Origin: Patescibacteria group bacterium
Lineage (GTDB): Bacteria; Patescibacteriota; Minisyncoccia; Minisyncoccales; UBA10102
Length of the DNA stretch: 64,000 nucleotides
Assembly: GCA_022563395.1 (NCBI GenBank)
Contig: JADFNM010000001.1
Coordinates: forward strand, 270,342 to 334,341
Direction: 5' to 3'
The translations under genes and the position numbers were made by a program. Below are positions 46,848 to 59,773 of the stretch, piece by piece. Within the stretch, counting starts at the first letter, position 1. Every line of letters starts with the position of its first letter. The notes under the pieces are model-generated. The model saw nothing but the letters and a program-made list of their open reading frames with translations. It had not been told where the DNA came from and searched no databases.

Positions 46848-48212
46848 TTAATAACCGCGGAGTTTTTTTAAAGACCGGTGGTCCCGGATTTTCTCTAGAG
46901 ATTTAGCCTCAATCTGGCGGATGCGCTCTCTTGTAACGCCAAATTCACTTCCCACTTCTTCTAGGGTGTGGGTAATTCCATCATCCAGGCCAAAGCGCAT
47001 AGCAAGAATCTTTTGTTCTCGTGGGGTAAGATCAATTAAGATTTCTTTTAAGCGCTCTTTTAAAAGATTTCTTGATGCTTCCACAGAAGGAGGTGGAACC
47101 TTTTCGTCTTCCACAAACTCAGCCAGCACGCTGTCTTCATCATCCTTTCCTACGGGAGTTTCCAAAGACACGGTTTCCTGAGAAATCCTTTGAATCTGGT
47201 GAATCTTCTCTATCTGAAGCCCCATCTCGGCTGCAACCTCCTCTGCTAAAGGCTCCCTTCCCAAATCCTGCAGCAAGCGCCTTCTTACCTGGGTGTACTT
47301 TGAGATGGTTTCAATCATGTGCACGGGAATACGAATGGTCCGCGCCTGGTCAGCTAGAGCTCTGGTAATGGCTTGCCTAATCCACCAGGTAGCGTATGTT
47401 GAAAACTTGTATCCCCGCCTCCAGTCAAACTTCTCTACCGCACGAAACAACCCGAGATTTCCCTCTTGGATCAAGTCCAGCAGGGTAAGGTTTGGGGAGC
47501 GACCTACATATCTCTTTGCAATAGAAACCACGAGGCGGAGATTTGCCCGTGCCAACTGCTTTTTTGCCTCAATGTCTCCTTTTTCAATGCGCTTTGCAAG
47601 CTCTTTTTCTTGCTCTGCTGTTACAAAAGGAATTTTGCCGATTTCTTTTAAGTACATCTGCACCGAGTCTAAAGGAGCTTCTGCTTCCACCCTTTTCTTT
47701 TCTACCTCTTCTTTTTGAGGCACACTCAGGTATTCTCTTACCTCTTCCACCCGAATACCAGACTCCTCTAACCTTTCGTACAAGGCCTCCAGAGCAGGAA
47801 CCTTCTTTTCAATGCCGGGGAAAGCGTACAAGATTTCAGAATACGTTACAAACCCCCGGGGCTGTCCTCTTTCAAAAAGTTCCTGGAGGAGATCCTCTGA
47901 AAACAAGGCTCTTTCCCCCTTCCTTCCTCTGCCCTGCTTTTTCGTTTGCCTGAAGTGTGGGCGGATAAACGTTCGCTTTGTGGGGCGAGGAACCAACTGC
48001 TTGGTTCCTCGCGGGGTCAGAGTCAACTGCTTGACTCTGGCGGGCGATTTAGCGAGGCGTCTCTGCCAAGCGTTAGAAATCGCCCTGGGCTTGCGGCGAG
48101 AGGTCATAGAGCGCCCCGGGTCTAATTTTTTCTTCTTCTTTCTTGTCGGCTTACGCCTCTTTTGCGTACCCGCCGGCGTAACGGGCCTTTTTGCTTTCTG
48201 TTTTCTTGCCAT
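46848..48212 (-). CDS. rpoD: Primary sigma factor with basic N-terminal extension
   Basis: [45 protein letters not shown]. Confidence 0.96.
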   Translation of the reverse strand: MARKQKAKRPVTPAGTQKRRKPTRKKKKKLDPGRSMTSRRKPRAISNAWQRRLAKSPARVKQLTLTPRGTKQLVPRPTKRTFIRPHFRQTKKQGRGRKGERALFSEDLLQELFERGQPRGFVTYSEILYAFPGIEKKVPALEALYERLEESGIRVEEVREYLSVPQKEEVEKKRVEAEAPLDSVQMYLKEIGKIPFVTAEQEKELAKRIEKGDIEAKKQLARANLRLVVSIAKRYVGRSPNLTLLDLIQEGNLGLFRAVEKFDWRRGYKFSTYATWWIRQAITRALADQARTIRIPVHMIETISKYTQVRRRLLQDLGREPLAEEVAAEMGLQIEKIHQIQRISQETVSLETPVGKDDEDSVLAEFVEDEKVPPPSVEASRNLLKERLKEILIDLTPREQKILAMRFGLDDGITHTLEEVGSEFGVTRERIRQIEAKSLEKIRDHRSLKKLRGY

Positions 48213-48215
48213 ATA

Positions 48216-49967
48216 TTATTGAGATAACTCCCTGGTTATCTCATGAAATTCCTGCAAAAGCAAGTCGAGTTTTGCTCCTTCTTTTGCCCCTTCTGCCTTC
48301 TTAACTTCCTGTATGATCTCTTCCAAGCGCTCTCTTAAAGAAAATACCGCAAGGGATTTCAAACACAGGTGAAACTCATCTTCCAAACCTTCTTCATCTT
48401 CTTCAAGATCTGCCAGCAAGGCAATGTGCTTTACTATTTTCAGGTTTGTTTCTGGGAATATCTTTTCTAAAGAAGAAAAATCCAAGTCCTCTGCTTTTTT
48501 AAGCCCCGTAACGATCTCTTGCGTTCTAAGAGACATCTGTTTTACATCTTGCTCTTTGAGTTTTTTTAAGTTCTCTTTGTCACGGAACAGTAAAATGAGA
48601 ATGCGCTCTTCAATCAACTCTCGTCTCCCTTTCTTTTCTTTTGGGGGTTGCGCCAAGGGAGCTGTCTCTTTTCGTTCTCCAGGATCTTTTTTGACTTTCG
48701 ATAACTCCTCAAAAACTGCCTCTTCTTTTACTCCAAGCTCCACGGCCAAACGCTGAATCCAGTGGGTCTGCTCAATTTTGTTGGGAAGCTTGCTGATAAT
48801 ATGCAACAGAAACGTTCCTGCCTTCTTTTTTCCTTCGGCTGTTGTCCTATCAAACTGAGAAAACGCTGTTTCAAAATAATAATCAATAATAGAAAAAGCC
48901 TGAGAAAGCGCTTTCTCCCACAAAGCGGGATCTTCCCTGGCAATGTCTGCTGGGTCTTTTCCTTTTAAAAGACGAGCAATCTTTAAATTAAACCCTTCAG
49001 ACAAGGCCAGCTCAATGCCTCTCTTGGTTGCTGAATCCCCTGCAACGTCCATGTCAAAAGCCAATACTAGATTCTCTGAATAACGCTTTAACAACTGAAG
49101 ATGAAAAGAGGTCAAGGCGGTTCCCGAGGTTGCAACCACATTCTTTGTTGCAGTCTGGGTTGTCAAGATAACATCCATGTATCCTTCCACTAAAATGCAA
49201 GAATCCTGTTTTCGCATTTCCAGTTTTGCCTTGTCCAATCCATAGAGAATCCTCCCTTTGTCATACAGAGGAGTTCCGGGGGTGTTCACATATTTTGCAA
49301 GGTCCTTTCCTTCCTTACCAAAGATTCTGCCTCCAAAACCAACAACGACGCCTTGCACACTGAACACGGGAAACATAATGCGAGAACGAAACCTATCGTA
49401 CACTCCCTCATCCGTTCTCACCAAAAGCCCCGCCCTACCGATTTCCTGCTCTCGGTATCCCTTCTCCAGCAAAAAGTCCAGTAGGGTTCTTTTGGTATCT
49501 GGCGCATATCCCAAACTCCAGGTTATAAAGGACTCGTCTGAAACTCCCCTGCTTTTTAGATATTCCTTTGCCGCAAGACCCTGCTGTGACTCAAGCTGCT
49601 TTGCAAAAAACTTGGAGGCGAGTTCCAAAACCTCTTCTAAGCGCTTTCTCTCTGACTGCAGTCTAGCAAAGGCAGGGTCTCTTTTGGGAAGTTCTACTCC
49701 TGCTTTTTGGGCCAACAGGCGTAACACATCCCCAAACTCTATACTCTCAATCTGCATAACAAACTGAAATACGTCTCCCCCAACCGAACACCCAAAACAG
49801 TGGTACATCTGGCGGGCTGGACTCACAAAAAAGGAAGGACCCTTTTCTGAATGAAAGGGACACAGGGCACGATAATTTGCCCCGGCCTTCTGGAGTTTCA
49901 CGTATTCTCCAACTACTTGAACTATGTCTAATCTATTTTTTATTTCTTCTATGGGAGAATTGAGCAT
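48216..49967 (-). CDS. dnaG: DNA primase
   Basis: CPFH zinc finger, DRFRSR, EGYMD, FDMDVAG. Confidence 0.97.
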   Translation of the reverse strand: MLNSPIEEIKNRLDIVQVVGEYVKLQKAGANYRALCPFHSEKGPSFFVSPARQMYHCFGCSVGGDVFQFVMQIESIEFGDVLRLLAQKAGVELPKRDPAFARLQSERKRLEEVLELASKFFAKQLESQQGLAAKEYLKSRGVSDESFITWSLGYAPDTKRTLLDFLLEKGYREQEIGRAGLLVRTDEGVYDRFRSRIMFPVFSVQGVVVGFGGRIFGKEGKDLAKYVNTPGTPLYDKGRILYGLDKAKLEMRKQDSCILVEGYMDVILTTQTATKNVVATSGTALTSFHLQLLKRYSENLVLAFDMDVAGDSATKRGIELALSEGFNLKIARLLKGKDPADIAREDPALWEKALSQAFSIIDYYFETAFSQFDRTTAEGKKKAGTFLLHIISKLPNKIEQTHWIQRLAVELGVKEEAVFEELSKVKKDPGERKETAPLAQPPKEKKGRRELIEERILILLFRDKENLKKLKEQDVKQMSLRTQEIVTGLKKAEDLDFSSLEKIFPETNLKIVKHIALLADLEEDEEGLEDEFHLCLKSLAVFSLRERLEEIIQEVKKAEGAKEGAKLDLLLQEFHEITRELSQ

Positions 49968-49969
49968 GC

Positions 49970-50317
49970 CTATTTAGAAAGTTTAGCTAGGGCCAGGGCA
50001 GCAAAGAAAAGGCCAGCATCCCGAAACACAATATCCATGGCTCCCAGGTTAAGGACAACGATTCCAAGAAAGGTAAGGGCCGAAAGCAGGGCGGAGTATA
50101 CAACCTTTTTCCCCCACAGGAGCCACAGGCCCAATGCCGCCTCATACAGAGAGAACCCTCCCAGCACCAACCCTTCCGGGATGCCAATGCGAAAGAGAAA
50201 CGTCGGGAAAAACCCTATCCAGTTCAAGGGTTCTATAAAAGAACCCAGGGCAGCATACAACAAGACGAAGCCAAGGCCTACTCTCAAAAGGAGGGCTGCT
50301 GAGACATACTGGAGCAT
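49970..50317 (-). CDS. DoxX-like membrane protein
   Basis: LLRVGLG, several TM segments, FRDAGL; start moved to MLQYV. Confidence 0.75.
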   Translation of the reverse strand: MLQYVSAALLLRVGLGFVLLYAALGSFIEPLNWIGFFPTFLFRIGIPEGLVLGGFSLYEAALGLWLLWGKKVVYSALLSALTFLGIVVLNLGAMDIVFRDAGLFFAALALAKLSK

Positions 50318-50325
50318 ATATACTG

Positions 50326-50763
50326 CTATTGTACGGTAATCTTTCCCGTATTGGAAATGTTCAAGTGGTTGTGGTACCCCCAGCTTCCCTGCTCCTGAAA
50401 GGCAAAGGACCAACTTTCCCCGGGAGCTATGCCTTTGCAGGCATCAAAGATTCGAGACTCCTCTCGCGTACCGCACTTTTGAATGCCAGAACCAGGATAG
50501 ATGGTGTGGGTTGGGTGAATGGCACTAGCAGGCCACATTTCCCTTGAGCTTTGGTTCTCAAATGTCACGGTTCCCCCTGCCAAAACAGCAACCTCTCTTG
50601 GGAAATACCCAGAGTCCGTATACGTTACTGTAACTGAAGATTGAGGAGGGATGCTTGCCTCTAAAGCAGCCTCTTGGGGAGCATCTCCTGACTGAAGAAA
50701 CAGAAATCCTCCCAGCACAATAATGACAACAACGGCAATGATGATATAGGTGTTTTTCGACAT
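50326..50763 (-). CDS. Membrane-anchored cupredoxin-like protein
   Basis: GGTVTFEN, HPTH, WGYHNHL, GKITVQ. Confidence 0.75.
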   Translation of the reverse strand: MSKNTYIIIAVVVIIVLGGFLFLQSGDAPQEAALEASIPPQSSVTVTYTDSGYFPREVAVLAGGTVTFENQSSREMWPASAIHPTHTIYPGSGIQKCGTREESRIFDACKGIAPGESWSFAFQEQGSWGYHNHLNISNTGKITVQ

Positions 50764-50831
50764 ATGCTTCTGAAGTTAAGTAGTATGAAACTCGACTGAT
50801 ATACCCTACTCTAGCAAAAGAAAGGAAAAGT

Positions 50832-51353
50832 TTAAAGCGAGAATTCTCTCAGCACTCTCCAATCTTTCAACTCTGTATTCTTTGAAGAATTGGTAAGAAA
50901 AAGACTTTTTACCTCAAAGTTTCGAGGAAACTCTCTCCCGATCTCTGTAATAATCTGTTTTTTTATCTCTTCAGAAAACTCTCCATAGAGCAAGCTCACA
51001 TGTGGCATGAAAGGAGGGACTTGTTCTCGAGAAAAGATCTTCCTTGTTTTACTGTTAGCCTTCATCAATCCTTGCGTTTCTTGTGCTCTAATGAAGACGC
51101 AACGAAAATACTCATCAGAAGAATCGAGGGCGGTGAAGGAAGTGGAAAAAGGTTTTAAAAGACCGGCTAACTCTGCCGTTTTGGACATGATTTTTTCTTC
51201 TGTCTCTACAATATCGCCAAGCAGGGTAATGTGCGGCTCAAAAAGAGGGGCGGCATACTCCTTGCTCAACCGAGATATTATTCCAGCCAGTTCATCATAC
51301 AGCTCTCCCTCAGGCATTAACCAAATGGTATACTCTTTTGTTTTCTCCATCAT
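50832..51353 (-). CDS. 2H phosphoesterase (cyclic phosphodiesterase-like)
   Basis: Two HxT/S motifs: PHITL and PHVSL. Confidence 0.85.
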   Translation of the reverse strand: MMEKTKEYTIWLMPEGELYDELAGIISRLSKEYAAPLFEPHITLLGDIVETEEKIMSKTAELAGLLKPFSTSFTALDSSDEYFRCVFIRAQETQGLMKANSKTRKIFSREQVPPFMPHVSLLYGEFSEEIKKQIITEIGREFPRNFEVKSLFLTNSSKNTELKDWRVLREFSL

Positions 51354-51583
51354 AACAAATGCTTTCTTATAAAAGCTCTGCTAGAACCTGACTTGAGATA
51401 TTTTTCAAAGGCAAATGCTTTGTATTTACCACCAGTCCCAAAATAAAAATCTAATTTTACAGGCAAACGGTCTGTAGTGGCTGAAATTTGACCCTTGTTA
51501 TGTCTTTTCAACCTGTTCTCAAGATCGTCGGTACAACCGATGTAATAGCCGTCTTTACATTTTAAGCTGTATACATAATACAT
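51350..51583 (-). CDS. Small GIY-YIG nuclease
   Basis: YYVY, YIGCT, RLKRHN, EKYLKSG. Confidence 0.88.
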   Translation of the reverse strand: MYYVYSLKCKDGYYIGCTDDLENRLKRHNKGQISATTDRLPVKLDFYFGTGGKYKAFAFEKYLKSGSSRAFIRKHLL

Positions 51584-51660
51584 AAAGCGGATTTATCACG
51601 CCGTAGCTGAGCCGAGCTTTTGCGAAGCTCGCCTTCGCTAAAGCTTCGGCGAAGCGAAGG

Positions 51661-51747
51661 CGGAGGGGGAGAGATTCGAACTCTCGATGCCCTTTCGGAC
51701 ATAGCTGCTCTCCAAGCAGCCGCACTAGGCCACTATGCGACCCCTCC
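51661..51747 (-). tRNA. tRNA-Ser(GGA)
   Basis: GGAGGGG/CCCCTCC acceptor; loop TT-GGA-GA; long variable arm. Confidence 0.95.
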
Positions 51748-51748
51748 T

Positions 51749-52285
51749 TTATTTCGGTAATGATACTATTATCTGGGAAAGCCTGGCATGCTGTACAGCA
51801 AACTTATACACCAAAAGCTTGAGAATAGTCAAGAAATCCAGAATTTCCTCGCGCAGTATTTCAGGTCCAGAAAACACTTCCCATGTTTCTTCAAACAGGT
51901 TCCGGGCATAGTGATAGAGAATCCTGTTGTTAGCAGATTCCCTTACATACACAACAATGTTCTTGAACTCTCCCCTATCCAGCCACACTCCGTGGCATAA
52001 ACTGCACACATCCACTTTGATGTTAGAATCCCCGTACCTAACCTCATACATGGGAAGACGGTCTTTGGGGCACAGCTTTTGGTCTAAAGAAAGAACAAAC
52101 TTGGCAGGGTCTTTCCACAAATCAATGTCCAGCCATCTCAAATCCCTGTCTTTCTCATCCTTTGCCTCTCTAAGCTCATGCTCGTCAAACCACAAACCAT
52201 AGTCTTTTGGGCAATAATCAACCTCAACTCCCAAGATGGCAGACTGCTCTAAAGGTATTTGATGATGGGGACAAAGCTTTTTCAT
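51749..52285 (-). CDS. Tandem zf-TFIIB-like domain protein
   Basis: Two repeats of VDxC...GxWxD..E; start moved to MKKLCP. Confidence 0.75.
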   Translation of the reverse strand: MKKLCPHHQIPLEQSAILGVEVDYCPKDYGLWFDEHELREAKDEKDRDLRWLDIDLWKDPAKFVLSLDQKLCPKDRLPMYEVRYGDSNIKVDVCSLCHGVWLDRGEFKNIVVYVRESANNRILYHYARNLFEETWEVFSGPEILREEILDFLTILKLLVYKFAVQHARLSQIIVSLPK

Positions 52286-52343
52286 TTCAAGATTATATAT
52301 TTCACTTCCTTGGCGAATCAAGGTTCTGCCAGCAGGCAGGTTC

Positions 52344-53249
52344 TTATGTTTTCTGATTTCTCAACACGGCTACGCGTTCTTCAATAGGAGGATGGCTCAT
52401 AAACAATTTATGAATCCAGCTCTTCTGTTCTTTTCCTCGAAACGGGTTTGCAATGTAAAGGTGGGATAGAGCATCGTTTGCAGATTTTAATTGATGCGGG
52501 TCAGCTGAAATCTTTTCTAAAGCCCTGGCCAATCCTTCAGGATACCGGGTCAACAAAGCACCTGAAGCATCTGCCAAGAACTCCCTCTTCCTTGAAATAG
52601 CAAGCTTCATTATTTGAGCAAGCACCGGCGCTATAACCAAGAAGACCAAGGCAATGAGAATCATCACTATTCTTGCCTGTCCTCCTCCCCTATTGTTATT
52701 TCTTCCCATACCGCCAAAGAAAGCTAAGCGAAAGAACAAATTTGCGAGTAATACCACAATTCCCACCAACACCACCACAATAGTAGAAATCAGCATGTCT
52801 TTGTTCCCAATGTGCGACAACTCATGGGAAAGGACTCCTTCCAGCTCCACGCGCTCAAGGCGCTTAAGTAGTCCCGTGGTTACTGCAACCACAGCATGTT
52901 TTGCATCTCTCCCTGTCGCAAAGGCATTGGGCTGCTGGTCCTGAATAATGAATATCCTTGGTGCTGGCAATCCTGCCGTAATGCTCAGATTCTCCACAAT
53001 TCGGTAGAGTTCAGGAGCATCTTTTTTCTCAATGGGTTTTGCATGGGACAGAGACAACACCAGCTTGTCTGAATACCAGAAAGAACCGAAGCTCATCACG
53101 ATACTCAAGACAACTGCAATCCACAAAATGAGCTGACTCCCGAGAACATAGCTCATCAACCACCCGGACCCAATCACAAAAAGAAAAAAACCCAGGAGGT
53201 ACAGCCAAGTCTTTCTTGTGTTTGCCTCCGCATGCGAGTAAATGTTCAC
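52344..53249 (-). CDS. htpX: M48 zinc metalloprotease HtpX
   Basis: PNAFATG, HELSH, SRKREFLAD, SHPP. Confidence 0.93.
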   Translation of the reverse strand: MNIYSHAEANTRKTWLYLLGFFLFVIGSGWLMSYVLGSQLILWIAVVLSIVMSFGSFWYSDKLVLSLSHAKPIEKKDAPELYRIVENLSITAGLPAPRIFIIQDQQPNAFATGRDAKHAVVAVTTGLLKRLERVELEGVLSHELSHIGNKDMLISTIVVVLVGIVVLLANLFFRLAFFGGMGRNNNRGGGQARIVMILIALVFLVIAPVLAQIMKLAISRKREFLADASGALLTRYPEGLARALEKISADPHQLKSANDALSHLYIANPFRGKEQKSWIHKLFMSHPPIEERVAVLRNQKT

Positions 53250-53260
53250 GGCACTGTTGC

Positions 53261-53824
53261 CTAAAAGTTTACTTTCGGAACTACCCGTTGCCCCTCCTCT
53301 TCAATCTCAAAGAACTCCTCTTTTTTAAATCCAAGGCTCTTTGCAACAAAGACCGCAGGGAAGTTTTGTATCATGGTGTTTAATGCCATGACTGTGGTGT
53401 TAAAAAACCTTCGTGCTGCTTGAATCTTGTCCTCTGCATCGCGAAGCTCACGCTGCAACTCCATAAAGTTTGCAGAAGCCTTAAGCTGGGGGTAGTTTTC
53501 TGCTACCGCAAACAGGGATTTTAAAGTTTGAGAAAGCATGTTTTCTGCCTTCCCCATATTCTTGACGTTTCCTGACTTTTCAGCAGAAAGCGCGTTTGCT
53601 CTCGCCTCGGTCACTTTTACGAATACTCCCCGTTCGTGCTGCGCATATCCCTTTACGGCTTCCACCAAGTTGGGAATTAAGTTGTACCTTCTCTTAAGCT
53701 GCACATCGATGTCAGAAAAGGCCTCTTTTGCCCGGTTCCTCAAGGTAATTAAGCGATTGTAGGTGAAAATTGCCCAGACGACAATAACAGCTACAACCAA
53801 AATAATGATTTGTGTAATGTTCAT
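53261..53824 (-). CDS. lemA: LemA family protein
   Basis: IDVQLKRRYNLIPNLV, ENYPQLKA. Confidence 0.95.
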   Translation of the reverse strand: MNITQIIILVVAVIVVWAIFTYNRLITLRNRAKEAFSDIDVQLKRRYNLIPNLVEAVKGYAQHERGVFVKVTEARANALSAEKSGNVKNMGKAENMLSQTLKSLFAVAENYPQLKASANFMELQRELRDAEDKIQAARRFFNTTVMALNTMIQNFPAVFVAKSLGFKKEEFFEIEEEGQRVVPKVNF

Positions 53825-53911
53825 ATGCCTCTATTCTACCAACAATACCTCCAAAAAACAACACCCCGCACATAAAGTTATGTGCGGGGCGCTGTTTTTG
53901 TGGGCGTAGCC

Positions 53912-53953
53912 TGCTTAAACGAGATTTAGGAGTTCCTAAATCTCGTTTAAGCA
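53912..53953. repeat. REP-like inverted pair
   Basis: TGCTTAAACGAGATTTAGGA-gt-TCCTAAATCTCGTTTAAGCA. Confidence 0.9.
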
Positions 53954-53965
53954 GTATCCCATGGA

Positions 53966-55904
<1,939 letters not shown>

Positions 55905-55922
55905 AACTCTTTTGAGAATAGA

Positions 55923-55949
55923 TTAGTAAACGCAACCTTTGAGTGCTGA
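55923..55949. promoter_or_regulatory. Degenerate CIRCE-like inverted repeat
   Basis: Minus strand TCAGCACTC-N9-GTTTACTAA versus consensus TTAGCACTC-N9-GAGTGCTAA. Confidence 0.5.
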
Positions 55950-55963
55950 TTTCGCGCATAGGT

Positions 55964-55992
55964 ACTCTACAAGACAAGAGAGAAATTGTCAA
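55964..55992 (-). promoter_or_regulatory. groESL promoter
   Basis: TTGACA-17 nt-TAGAGT. Confidence 0.7.
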
Positions 55993-56020
55993 TAAAAAAG
56001 CCCTTCTTTGGCAAGAAGGG

Positions 56021-56425
56021 CTACTCTCGGGACAGATGCCTCATCTTCCTCACGTGCACCTGGGGACGAGGAATCCCGACGCGAGGAGCAAGATTGCGGC
56101 TGATGCGGTGCGTAAGGTTACTGAATTTCCCCTTCTGGAATCCTTCAGCGGGTTGAACCAGAACCTCAAGAATACGTTTGCGGTCCACGCCCGTCTTAAA
56201 TGAGATGCGTACATCCTCTACTCCAAGCTCTGCTCGGACCACCTCCTCAAGGAACTCGACGTCTTCAATGATTTGGACGCCTTCGTCTCTTCTTTGAGGA
56301 AGGATATCTATGGCTTTGAGCTCAACAGGCTCCTCGTCCTCTGCTTCCTCAGCTTCCTGCTCTGCCTCCTGCGGCCTCCCATTCCGATGAGGTAAAAAGA
56401 GGCGCAGGAATGATAGTATCTCCAT
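56021..56425 (-). CDS. Hypothetical protein
   Basis: ORF with SD GGAGG and terminator at about 55995-56022. Confidence 0.6.
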   Translation of the reverse strand: MEILSFLRLFLPHRNGRPQEAEQEAEEAEDEEPVELKAIDILPQRRDEGVQIIEDVEFLEEVVRAELGVEDVRISFKTGVDRKRILEVLVQPAEGFQKGKFSNLTHRISRNLAPRVGIPRPQVHVRKMRHLSRE

Positions 56426-56485
56426 TTCTCACCTCCGTAGGATTATAGTAAGCCGCTTCTAACAAATCATAAAACGGCCGAATTG

Positions 56486-59344
56486 TCAAAGAACCCTGCC
56501 CGTGTAGCTCTTTTTCACTCTTGCTACTTCCTTGGGAGTGCCCTCTGCAACAAGCTCGCCTCCTTTTTCTCCGCCTTCCGGTCCTAAATCCAAAATCCAG
56601 TCTGCATTACGCACCAAATCCAAATTATGCTCAATAACCAGCACGGTGTTTCCTTTATCTACAAGTTCTCCTAAAACCTGCAAGAGTTTTTTTACGTCGT
56701 CAAAATGCAACCCGGTGGTTGGCTCATCTAATATGTACAAGGTCTTTCCTGTTGCTTTCTTTGCAAGCTCTGTTGCCAGCTTTACCCGCTGTGCTTCCCC
56801 GCCAGACAAAGAGGGGGCCGGCTGTCCCAACTCAATATACGAGAGACCAACATCATGTAAGGTTTTTAACTTTGCTGCGAGCGATGGAATGTTCTTGAAA
56901 AACGCCAAGGCTTCCTCTACGGTCATCTCAAGTACCTCTGCAATATTCTTTCCCTTATACTGTACCTCCAGCACTTCTTTCATGTACCTTTTTCCCTGAC
57001 ACTCCTCACACTCAACATACACATCAGGCAAAAAGTACATCTCAATCTTTTTTAACCCTTGGCCTTCACAACTCTCACATCTTCCCCCCTTCACGTTAAA
57101 AGAAAATCTGCCCAAAGCATAGCCCCTTACCCTGGCCTCTCTTGTTCCGGCAAACAAATCACGTACGACAGAGAAAGCTCCGGTATAGGTTGCGGGGTTA
57201 GAGCGCGGCGTTCTTCCAATGGGCGACTGGTCCACCAACACCACCTTATTTACATACTCAATGCCTTCAATTGCTTTGTGTGCTCCCGGCTCTTCTTTTG
57301 CCTTGTAGAACTTTTGGAGCAGGGCTTTTGCCAAAATGTCGTTTATCAAAGAACTCTTCCCAGAACCAGAAACTCCGGTCACGCACACCAACTTTCCCAA
57401 AGGTATTTTTACGTCAATGTTTTTTAAGTTGTTGTGGGAAGCTCCCTTTATTGTAAGGAAATGCTGAGTGGGGTGCTGAGCGGGGTCAGACCCCGCTCTG
57501 CCTTGAAGGGGGGGTCTGACCCCGCTTTGCCTCAACATCGTGACTGTTTTTCTCCCCGCAAGATAATCACCAGTAAGGGTGCGAGATTTCTTCAGTTTTG
57601 CAGGAGTACCCGTAAATGTAACACGGCCTCCGTGCTTTCCAGCTCCGGGGCCAATGTCTATCACCCAGTCAGCAGAGCGGATGGTTTGGGGATCGTGCTC
57701 TACCACTACAATGGTGTTGCCCAATGTGCGCAATTTCTGCAATATTGCAATCAACCTGTATTGGTCTCTTGCATGCAGACCAACCGATGGTTCATCTAAT
57801 ATGTATAAGACTCCGGCGAGCTTAGAACCAATCTGGGTTGCAAGCCGTATTCTCTGCTCTTCTCCCCCAGACAAGGTTCCTGCCTTTCTTGCTAGGGTCA
57901 AATATTCCAACCCAACGTCAATCAAAAACTGAAGTCTATTCAACACTTCTTTTATTATGGGTTGGGCTATCTTCTTTTCGTACTCTTTTAAAGAGAGCTT
58001 GGAGAAAAACTCTTTGGTGTGATTAAGCTGAAGGTTCACTACTTGGTGGATGGATTTTGAGCCAACCGTCACTGCCAAGACCTCTGGCTTTAATCTCTTT
58101 CCTTGGCACTTGACGCAAATCTTCTCAACCATATACTGCTCAATTTCTTCCCTTGCATATTCAGAATCGGTTTCATGGTATCTCCTCTCTAGCCAAGGAA
58201 TCACACCCTCAAACCCCGCACCAGAAGCTTCGCTTCGGTGCGGGGCGGGATCTCCGTAGAGTATTAAATCAATCGCTTTTTTGGGTAAATCCTTAACTGG
58301 ACTATCCAAAGAAAACTTGCGCTCTTTTGCCAAATCCTCCAGTTTCCACCAAAAGAATCCCTGCCTCCCTATCCTATGGGAAGCATGGGCCCAGGGGAAA
58401 ATAGCGCCTTCTGCAATGGAGAGCCGGGGATTGGGAATGACCAGTTTTGGATCAACCTCCAACTTCTCTCCCAACCCTTGGCAGGCAGGGCATGCTCCAA
58501 AAGGAGAATTGAAAGAAAAGACCCTGGGCTCAATCTCTGGCAAAGAGATACCGCAATCCTCGCAGGCAAACCGCTCTGAAAAAACAAGGTCAACATCATT
58601 TTGATTTTTTGCTTTTGATTTTTGACTTATCATCACCATGCCCTTTCCAAGCTTTAACGCGGTCTCTAAAGAATCAACAAGCCGGGGGCGGTCCAAATCA
58701 TTTTCCATGGTCAACCTATCTACTACAACTTCAATGGAATGTTTCTTTTTGCGGTCCAACTCTTTTTCCAGGGCTTCTTCAATGCGGTATACGATACCGT
58801 CAATCCGAACTCGCACAAACCCGGAACGCTGAATCTCTTCTAAAATGCCTTGATGCTCACCCTTTCTTTCTCTTATCACAGGACCTAAAATGGCAACCTC
58901 GGTATCTTTGGGAAGTTTTTGCACCTGCAGCGCAATGTGAGAAACAGATTGCCTGGAAACTACCTTGCCGCAATTTGGGCAATGGGGTATGCCAATCCGC
59001 GCAAACAAAAGACGGAGATAATCATAAATCTCCGTAATGGTTCCAACCGTAGACCTTGGATTGTGCGCCCCTTTTCTCTGGTCAATGGCAATGGCAGGAG
59101 AAATGCCTTCAATGCTGTCTACGTCGGGTTTTTGCATGATACCCAGAAACTGGCGGGCGTATGCACTCAAACTTTCTACATACCTTCTTTGTCCTTCAGC
59201 ATATAAGGTATCAAAGGCAAGAGAGCTTTTCCCAGAACCAGAAAGCCCGGTAATAACCACAAGCTTCCCCTTTGGGATGTCAACGTCAATGTTTTTTAGA
59301 TTATGGACTCTTGCTCCCCTAATTTTAATGAGATCTTGCGCCAT
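56486..59344 (-). CDS. uvrA: Excinuclease ABC subunit A
   Basis: GARVHNLKN, two GSGKSS Walker A motifs, LSGGE, zinc fingers. Confidence 0.98.
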   Translation of the reverse strand: MAQDLIKIRGARVHNLKNIDVDIPKGKLVVITGLSGSGKSSLAFDTLYAEGQRRYVESLSAYARQFLGIMQKPDVDSIEGISPAIAIDQRKGAHNPRSTVGTITEIYDYLRLLFARIGIPHCPNCGKVVSRQSVSHIALQVQKLPKDTEVAILGPVIRERKGEHQGILEEIQRSGFVRVRIDGIVYRIEEALEKELDRKKKHSIEVVVDRLTMENDLDRPRLVDSLETALKLGKGMVMISQKSKAKNQNDVDLVFSERFACEDCGISLPEIEPRVFSFNSPFGACPACQGLGEKLEVDPKLVIPNPRLSIAEGAIFPWAHASHRIGRQGFFWWKLEDLAKERKFSLDSPVKDLPKKAIDLILYGDPAPHRSEASGAGFEGVIPWLERRYHETDSEYAREEIEQYMVEKICVKCQGKRLKPEVLAVTVGSKSIHQVVNLQLNHTKEFFSKLSLKEYEKKIAQPIIKEVLNRLQFLIDVGLEYLTLARKAGTLSGGEEQRIRLATQIGSKLAGVLYILDEPSVGLHARDQYRLIAILQKLRTLGNTIVVVEHDPQTIRSADWVIDIGPGAGKHGGRVTFTGTPAKLKKSRTLTGDYLAGRKTVTMLRQSGVRPPLQGRAGSDPAQHPTQHFLTIKGASHNNLKNIDVKIPLGKLVCVTGVSGSGKSSLINDILAKALLQKFYKAKEEPGAHKAIEGIEYVNKVVLVDQSPIGRTPRSNPATYTGAFSVVRDLFAGTREARVRGYALGRFSFNVKGGRCESCEGQGLKKIEMYFLPDVYVECEECQGKRYMKEVLEVQYKGKNIAEVLEMTVEEALAFFKNIPSLAAKLKTLHDVGLSYIELGQPAPSLSGGEAQRVKLATELAKKATGKTLYILDEPTTGLHFDDVKKLLQVLGELVDKGNTVLVIEHNLDLVRNADWILDLGPEGGEKGGELVAEGTPKEVARVKKSYTGRVL

Positions 59345-59484
59345 GTCGGTGCAATTATACACTCATTATCAAATCATTTCAAGAGATGAATGGGGAACCT
59401 GCAATTATTGACAAAGAGAGAAATATATGATATGAAAAATTCTAGCTCACGGCCAAAAAAATCAGTCAGCAGACGGAGGATACG

Positions 59485-59706
59485 ATGAACGAACAGGAAA
59501 TGCGCCAGGAAAAGATAGCTCTTGTCACAGGCGTCCTATTTGCTGTTTTGGGCGGCGCGTTCGGGTTCTGGATGGGGCTTGAAGCGGCGAGCGAGCCTAT
59601 TGGAATTCTCGCAGGCATGATGGTTGTCGCCTTCGTCGGATACTTTTTCGGAGTTATCCTCGGAGGTATACTCGCCGCACCCCCAGAAAACGGCACTGCA
59701 CACTAA
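59485..59706 (+). CDS. Small two-TM membrane protein
   Basis: SD GGAGG, Gly-rich hydrophobic helices, terminator at about 59724-59751. Confidence 0.65.
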   Translation: MNEQEMRQEKIALVTGVLFAVLGGAFGFWMGLEAASEPIGILAGMMVVAFVGYFFGVILGGILAAPPENGTAH

Positions 59707-59773
59707 GCAAACCTGGTCAGTATAGCCCCGGAGTTTCGACTCTGGGGCTTCCTATTTCTGCTATACTATTTTT

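Noticed and set aside
59344..59485. Replication origin at the minus-to-plus gene strand switch
   Set aside because: No dnaA and no DnaA-box cluster; only 4.5 kb of plus-strand genes is visible.
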